A stretch of DNA of 12,250 nucleotides from Thermodesulfobacteriota bacterium. Its GTDB lineage: Bacteria; Desulfobacterota; Desulfobulbia; Desulfobulbales; SURF-16. The notes beneath the pieces were generated by a model. The model saw only the letters and a program-made list of their open reading frames with translations, was not told the origin of the DNA and did no database searches. Made by a program: the position numbers and the translations under genes. Numbering within the stretch: the stretch's first letter is position 1; every line of letters begins with the position of its first letter. The DNA is taken from the NCBI GenBank assembly GCA_039715015.1, contig JBDLIE010000070.1, positions 1 through 12,250 on the forward strand. The letters are read 5' to 3'. Positions 8,365-12,250 of this stretch are shown piece after piece.

Positions 8365-9594
8365 TTATCCGGCAGCGGGGCACTGCATAGCTTCGGCAAA
8401 ATGATCACCACTCTCCTTGCTGCAGATTTGAATCGTTTCAATGTCACGAAAATACCTGTGGGCCTCTCCGGCAATTTTTTTGGCACTACTTGCATCGACG
8501 GCCAGATGGGTTGGCAAGGTGACCAGCCTCCGGGCAATTTCCCTGGCTCCCCTCGCTTGCGTTCGGCCCTCAACCAGATCTGCCTGCAAGGCTGGCAGGT
8601 CGCAGAGGGCGAGAGGATAGAGCTGTCGGACGCCATAGCTAGTCATGCGCCTTACTTCTTGTTGATTTGAGACCAGCAGAGGATAACGGACATAAGCGGG
8701 CATGCCTACCGCAGGTAACACATCAGCTTGCTGTGAGAAAAGCGACTGGTAGAGACGACCGATGCCAGCCCGATGTTGGTTCAATTTTTCCAGGCCAGGC
8801 AGGGCAGACGCCCCGATGCGCTGATAGAAAGAGGGCATCGTAGAGACGCCAAAGTCTGGATTGTATACTGTTTGCCCCAGACCTAAAGGCAGGGTTTCCA
8901 GTAACCAGTAGAGGCGCGGCCGGGAAAGTATCTGCACAGCAAAAGGCAGGAGCCTGTTAGTGAATTTGTCAGCAGGCAGCAACTCAAAGTCGTGGGGAAG
9001 TCCTGCAAATTCACGTTCACCTCTGGCAATCAGCGCCCCGCCGCCACCCAAGGGCAGAGGCTTGCCCCTGCCAAAACTAAACACCGAAAAATCAGCATTC
9101 CTTTGGCTCACAGTGGATGCCCCTGTCACGCTTCCCAGATGTTGGGCAGCATCCTCGATACAACAGAGCCCATGGTCGTGAGCAATTGCCACAAGACGGT
9201 TGATATCGGCCTCAACACCGAGAAGATGCTGGCCTACCACGGCCAGGGTACGGGCGGTGATTTTCTCTTTGACGTCGGCAAAGTCTGGTTGAAAGGAAGA
9301 CGGATCCAGGTCATACAATGCGACCTTGCATCCAGCCTTTACGGCCGCTGCCGCCACCGAATAGCAGGTATAGCCGGGCAGCAGAATTTCTCCTCGGTCA
9401 AAAGAAGCTCGACTGCGCAAGGCCTTAAAAAGAAGGTAGAATAATGTTCTGGCATTATTGGCCAGTCCACACACTTCTGCGCCCACATGCTTACCTAATT
9501 TATCTGAAAAATCTGGCGCAAGAGGGAGAAGGCCTCGATAAAGGGCTTGCAACGGTAGCCGTGCTTCAGCAGGTGGAAGGGCAAAAAAAGTCAT
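8365..9594 (-). CDS. DegT/DnrJ/EryC1/StrS-family PLP-dependent (nucleotide-sugar) aminotransferase-like protein
   Basis: Start moved from 9765 to the ATG at 9594 (ATGA overlap with the upstream stop), giving 409 aa. Motifs LLPGYTCYSV, HLLG, IEDAAQ, SFGRGKPLPLGGGG with the PLP lysine, and LVTLPTH. Confidence 0.88.
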   Translation of the reverse strand: MTFFALPPAEARLPLQALYRGLLPLAPDFSDKLGKHVGAEVCGLANNARTLFYLLFKALRSRASFDRGEILLPGYTCYSVAAAAVKAGCKVALYDLDPSSFQPDFADVKEKITARTLAVVGQHLLGVEADINRLVAIAHDHGLCCIEDAAQHLGSVTGASTVSQRNADFSVFSFGRGKPLPLGGGGALIARGEREFAGLPHDFELLPADKFTNRLLPFAVQILSRPRLYWLLETLPLGLGQTVYNPDFGVSTMPSFYQRIGASALPGLEKLNQHRAGIGRLYQSLFSQQADVLPAVGMPAYVRYPLLVSNQQEVRRMTSYGVRQLYPLALCDLPALQADLVEGRTQARGAREIARRLVTLPTHLAVDASSAKKIAGEAHRYFRDIETIQICSKESGDHFAEAMQCPAAG

Positions 9595-10634
9595 CTGTCG
9601 ATATATTTCCTCAGATGGGGGCCGCAATAATTGGCAACCGGCAGTGGTAAATACTTCCAGATCTTTTCGACGACCATCCGGCAGCCCCCCCTTTTCTCCT
9701 TTTGCTTGGCGAGCACATGCTCCCCCTTCCGGTACCAGTACAAAGGTACAGGCTGGGCGCCCCATTGCTTCTTAAAAGCGTATGTGCCCTCATCCGGTGT
9801 TGATCGGCCAAAGTCAAAGCTGGTAAAACGGCTGTCTGCGGCATCTTCCAAAAAAGTCCAGTAAAGCAGCATATTAGGACTTAGCTTATTGAATTCACGT
9901 ACGGCGGAGGCCCAGGGGATTGTCATACTATTGCCATGAGCAAGGGTAATGCCGGCGGCCACAGGAAATGAATCTTGATAGACAACCCCTACTTTGGCCC
10001 TATTACCATAGGCAGCAACAATGGAGCGCAGCCATTTTTCAGAATGAACGGGAGAGCCAAGGTCCCGCATATTTTGGGTGAAAACCTGGTAAAAATCGCT
10101 AAGAAGGTCAGCATGTCCCATTCGCCCGACAAGACCAGCTTTACGGGCCCTGTTTATCTGACTGCGCAATTTCGATTTAAAACCAGCCCATAGTTGAGAA
10201 GCATCCCCAGGAAGATTAAGCACCATACGACACTTGCCGGAAACCTGAGAAAAACGCCCTGCTCTCTCAACAACAGGAGCTGGCTGCCGCATCCGAATCT
10301 CAAGACCTGCTTGCAATTCGTCGGCCAGTTGAAGGGCCTGCCCAAGCAGGGTGCTGGCAACCTCTGTACTATCGGCCAGCAGACCGCCATAGTCACAGAA
10401 CGGTAATGAAACTAAATTACCCCGCCGCCAGGGCATCTTTATCAGAGCCAGGGGCAAAACGCCGACAATGGACTGTCCCTGGTACGCAGCCAGGTAAAAC
10501 GTAGGGTGGCCGTAGCCTTTCTCAACCGCCTCCTGCCAGGCCGAAGAAAGATACACCCCGCAACCAGCATGGCCCTGAACATAACTATCCCAAGCGGGCT
10601 GACCAGAAGGATTGATTTTTTTAACTTCTACCAT
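9591..10634 (-). CDS. FemAB-related GNAT-fold transferase, resembling the PEP-CTERM/exosortase A system-associated family
   Basis: Start moved from 10673 to the ATG at 10634 (GGGGAG upstream), giving 347 aa. Motifs GVLPL, SLPFCDYGG, KLRSQINRA, NMRDLGSPVH, PWAS, PNMLLYW and FDFGRSTPDEGTYAFKKQWGA match my recollection of this family. Confidence 0.88.
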   Translation of the reverse strand: MVEVKKINPSGQPAWDSYVQGHAGCGVYLSSAWQEAVEKGYGHPTFYLAAYQGQSIVGVLPLALIKMPWRRGNLVSLPFCDYGGLLADSTEVASTLLGQALQLADELQAGLEIRMRQPAPVVERAGRFSQVSGKCRMVLNLPGDASQLWAGFKSKLRSQINRARKAGLVGRMGHADLLSDFYQVFTQNMRDLGSPVHSEKWLRSIVAAYGNRAKVGVVYQDSFPVAAGITLAHGNSMTIPWASAVREFNKLSPNMLLYWTFLEDAADSRFTSFDFGRSTPDEGTYAFKKQWGAQPVPLYWYRKGEHVLAKQKEKRGGCRMVVEKIWKYLPLPVANYCGPHLRKYIDR

Positions 10635-10740
10635 TTCTCCCCTTGAACCAATAAACAGCGTGAACCCTCTCACCTACACTGCATTAGAGCACCTTCCGAC
10701 GCCCGACTCTCCTTCTCTGGCCATTGTCCTGTCTTCATCT

Positions 10741-12168
10741 TCAATGCAGGGATGCCATGGTGTCGCAGCCGAGCATGTCAGCAAATGTCTCCCGTCGGCG
10801 AATTTCTTTTACGGCCCCCTCTTTATCAACCATGATGACTGGCGGACGGGGAAAGGCAAAAGAGTTTGAAAAAGCGGTAAAATAGGCACCCGCATCCATT
10901 ATTGCCAGAATATCACCCTGCCTGAGGTCTGAAGGGAGAAGCTTCATCCTTGCGGTCCAATCAGCTGATGTACACACCCTGCCCACGATACTGAAAGACT
11001 TGGCGCGACGGGCATGGGCCCTTTTGACGTCAAATATCTCATGATATTGAAAATCCATGGGCAGTGTGAGATTGAGCTTGCCGGCCTCGCCAATTAAAAA
11101 AGTCACATCCTTGTCTCGTTCTTTCCGGCTGCGAATCTGGGTCAATAAAATTCCAGCTCGAGATGTTACAAAACGCCCGGGCTCAATAATGATTTTCGGG
11201 ACAGGCATCTGAAGAGCCTGGCAGCGCTTTTCGATTTGGCCGCCAACATTGTCCACAAAAGATTCGATCTCTTCAAAGTTCTCTGTATCCGGGGGAATCG
11301 GCAGCAATTGCAAGGCCCGGGAAAAGACAAATTCGAGGCCGCTGAATTGTTTGCTCGTTGGCACGCCAATCCCTCCACCAATATCGAGATAGGGTACAGC
11401 GGTTTGAGTTTCCGCCTGCAGGGCCTTCATAAAATCAAGGGCTTTACGAACGTATCGAATATGGGTTTGGCTGTTACGGGCCCCGGAGGTTGCATTAAAG
11501 TGGATGCAGTTGAAGTTGAAGTTCTTTGTGTCTGATGCCAGAAGTTTTGCAACCTCAAAGGCCTCTCCACTTTTCAGAGACAGACCGAATTGACTGTTTT
11601 CATTCATTGCGAGCCGAATTCCGACATTTGCCTTGCGCCCGACCTGTTCAACCACCTGCCGTAATGCCGCAACCTCTTCAAGCGCATCGACGTTGATCGC
11701 CAATACGCCATGTTGAACAGCCTGGACAAGGCTGTCCGAATCTTTATTCACGCCGTTATAGACAATTTTTTCACCTGGCACCCCGAGCTTGCAGGCCAGC
11801 CAAAGCTCATAGGGCGAAATAACCTCCGCCCCCAAGCCGGCAGCATGAAGTTCCTCCAACACTCCGGGTATGGGGGTCGTTTTATATGAATAGAGAACCA
11901 TGGAGCCGCTCATTTTTTTTTCAAGAGCGGACTTGATACTTCCCGCGTCGTCAAGAAGGCGCTCACGATTGAAAACCATTAATGGGGTACCATGCTGCTT
12001 GGCCAAATCTGCAAGCAAAACATTGCCGAGGGCGAGGTGGTTATCACGGACATCAACCCCCCATTTACCTGGGTCGGGAAGCGGTAAGCGTTGTTGTCGT
12101 CTTTTATTAAAGGCCGACAACTGCCGGGTCATGAGATCTATGGTCTTCCGTAGCAAACGACTCAGCAT
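10741..12168 (-). CDS. Fold-type III PLP-dependent decarboxylase (diaminopimelate/ornithine decarboxylase-like) of unknown substrate
   Basis: Preferred start is the ATG at 12168 after GAGGAGGAG (the ORF track uses 12186). Motifs GTPL, YSYK (PLP lysine codon at 11881-11883), EVISPYE, YNGVNK, LDIGGG, EPGR, VGRVC and DAGAY. Confidence 0.9.
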   Translation of the reverse strand: MLSRLLRKTIDLMTRQLSAFNKRRQQRLPLPDPGKWGVDVRDNHLALGNVLLADLAKQHGTPLMVFNRERLLDDAGSIKSALEKKMSGSMVLYSYKTTPIPGVLEELHAAGLGAEVISPYELWLACKLGVPGEKIVYNGVNKDSDSLVQAVQHGVLAINVDALEEVAALRQVVEQVGRKANVGIRLAMNENSQFGLSLKSGEAFEVAKLLASDTKNFNFNCIHFNATSGARNSQTHIRYVRKALDFMKALQAETQTAVPYLDIGGGIGVPTSKQFSGLEFVFSRALQLLPIPPDTENFEEIESFVDNVGGQIEKRCQALQMPVPKIIIEPGRFVTSRAGILLTQIRSRKERDKDVTFLIGEAGKLNLTLPMDFQYHEIFDVKRAHARRAKSFSIVGRVCTSADWTARMKLLPSDLRQGDILAIMDAGAYFTAFSNSFAFPRPPVIMVDKEGAVKEIRRRETFADMLGCDTMASLH

Positions 12169-12170
12169 GC

Positions 12171-12179
12171 TCCTCCTCT
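12171..12179 (-). promoter_or_regulatory. Shine-Dalgarno sequence for the decarboxylase gene
   Basis: AGAGGAGGA on the minus strand immediately upstream of the ATG at 12168. Confidence 0.55.
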
Positions 12180-12250
12180 CAGGCATCTCATAACCGATCC
12201 ACGTTCTCCTTATTGCAAGCCCGCATTTCTCGCAAACGACCTGCTGCGAG

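Noticed and set aside
9595..9765. Long N-terminal extension of the aminotransferase predicted by the ORF track (and the smaller ones at 8300-8383 and 10635-10673)
   Set aside because: They overlap the upstream gene or lack an RBS; the internal starts are supported by an ATGA overlap or a Shine-Dalgarno sequence.
9591..10634. Peptidoglycan cross-bridge or methicillin-resistance femA/femB
   Set aside because: It is shorter than staphylococcal FemA/B, has no mur/dcw neighbours, and its motifs fit the EPS-associated subfamily.
1640..10740. Internal promoters, intrinsic terminators or an ops/JUMPStart element in the intergenic spacers
   Set aside because: By eye I found no GC-rich hairpin with a U-tract, no GGCGGTAG and no convincing -35/-10 or -24/-12 pair in the short spacers.
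1303..11921. A/T homopolymers of 8-9 nt (1303-1310, 1594-1601, 1762-1769, 4853-4860, 6225-6232, 7626-7633, 11913-11921) as phase-variation tracts
   Set aside because: All host ORFs are intact, the tracts are short and explained by Phe-Phe or Lys-Lys codons, and there are no long G/C tracts or tandem repeats.
10741..12168. Calling this gene lysA (housekeeping lysine synthesis)
   Set aside because: The DAP-recognition elements are altered and the context is polysaccharide synthesis, so no gene symbol is assigned.
566..12193. The many plus-strand and alternative-frame minus-strand ORFs in the track (for example 6358-7014, 1604-2077, 3202-3669, 7577-7999, 8992-9444)
   Set aside because: They lie mostly or wholly over well-supported minus-strand genes, show no recognisable motifs, and are expected shadow ORFs.
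12187..12250. Possible 3' end of an upstream gene, or an in-frame extension of the decarboxylase containing CxxC (VCEKCG)
   Set aside because: Only 64 nt are visible and all three minus-strand frames are open at the window edge, so the coding frame cannot be determined; the Shine-Dalgarno favours a start at 12168.
1..12250. CRISPR array, IS element, tRNA/rRNA or structured ncRNA
   Set aside because: The window is almost fully coding, with spacers of about 120 nt or less. No repeat-spacer periodicity, terminal inverted repeats, transposase or RNA-gene signatures were seen.

Overview
The window is the interior of one minus-strand operon for Wzx/Wzy-type surface or extracellular polysaccharide biosynthesis; both operon ends lie outside the window. 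In transcription order (right to left) it encodes: a divergent fold-type III PLP decarboxylase (LysA/ODC-like), a FemAB-like GNAT-fold transferase resembling the PEP-CTERM/exosortase A-associated family, a DegT/DnrJ/EryC1/StrS-type aminotransferase, a sulfotransferase, an ATP-grasp ligase, a GT4 and a membrane GT2 glycosyltransferase, a second sulfotransferase, a soluble GT2, a Wzy/O-antigen-ligase-like membrane protein, and the 5' end of a Wzx flippase. Every gene belongs to a known family. The notable part is the tailoring block (decarboxylase with a remodelled active site, two different amide-bond-forming enzymes, an aminotransferase and two sulfotransferases), which suggests a sulfated glycan decorated with amino acids or amines whose chemistry I cannot match to a characterised pathway. 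All family calls come from reading motifs by eye; no database search was run. I saw no RNA genes, CRISPR arrays, mobile elements or long repeats.
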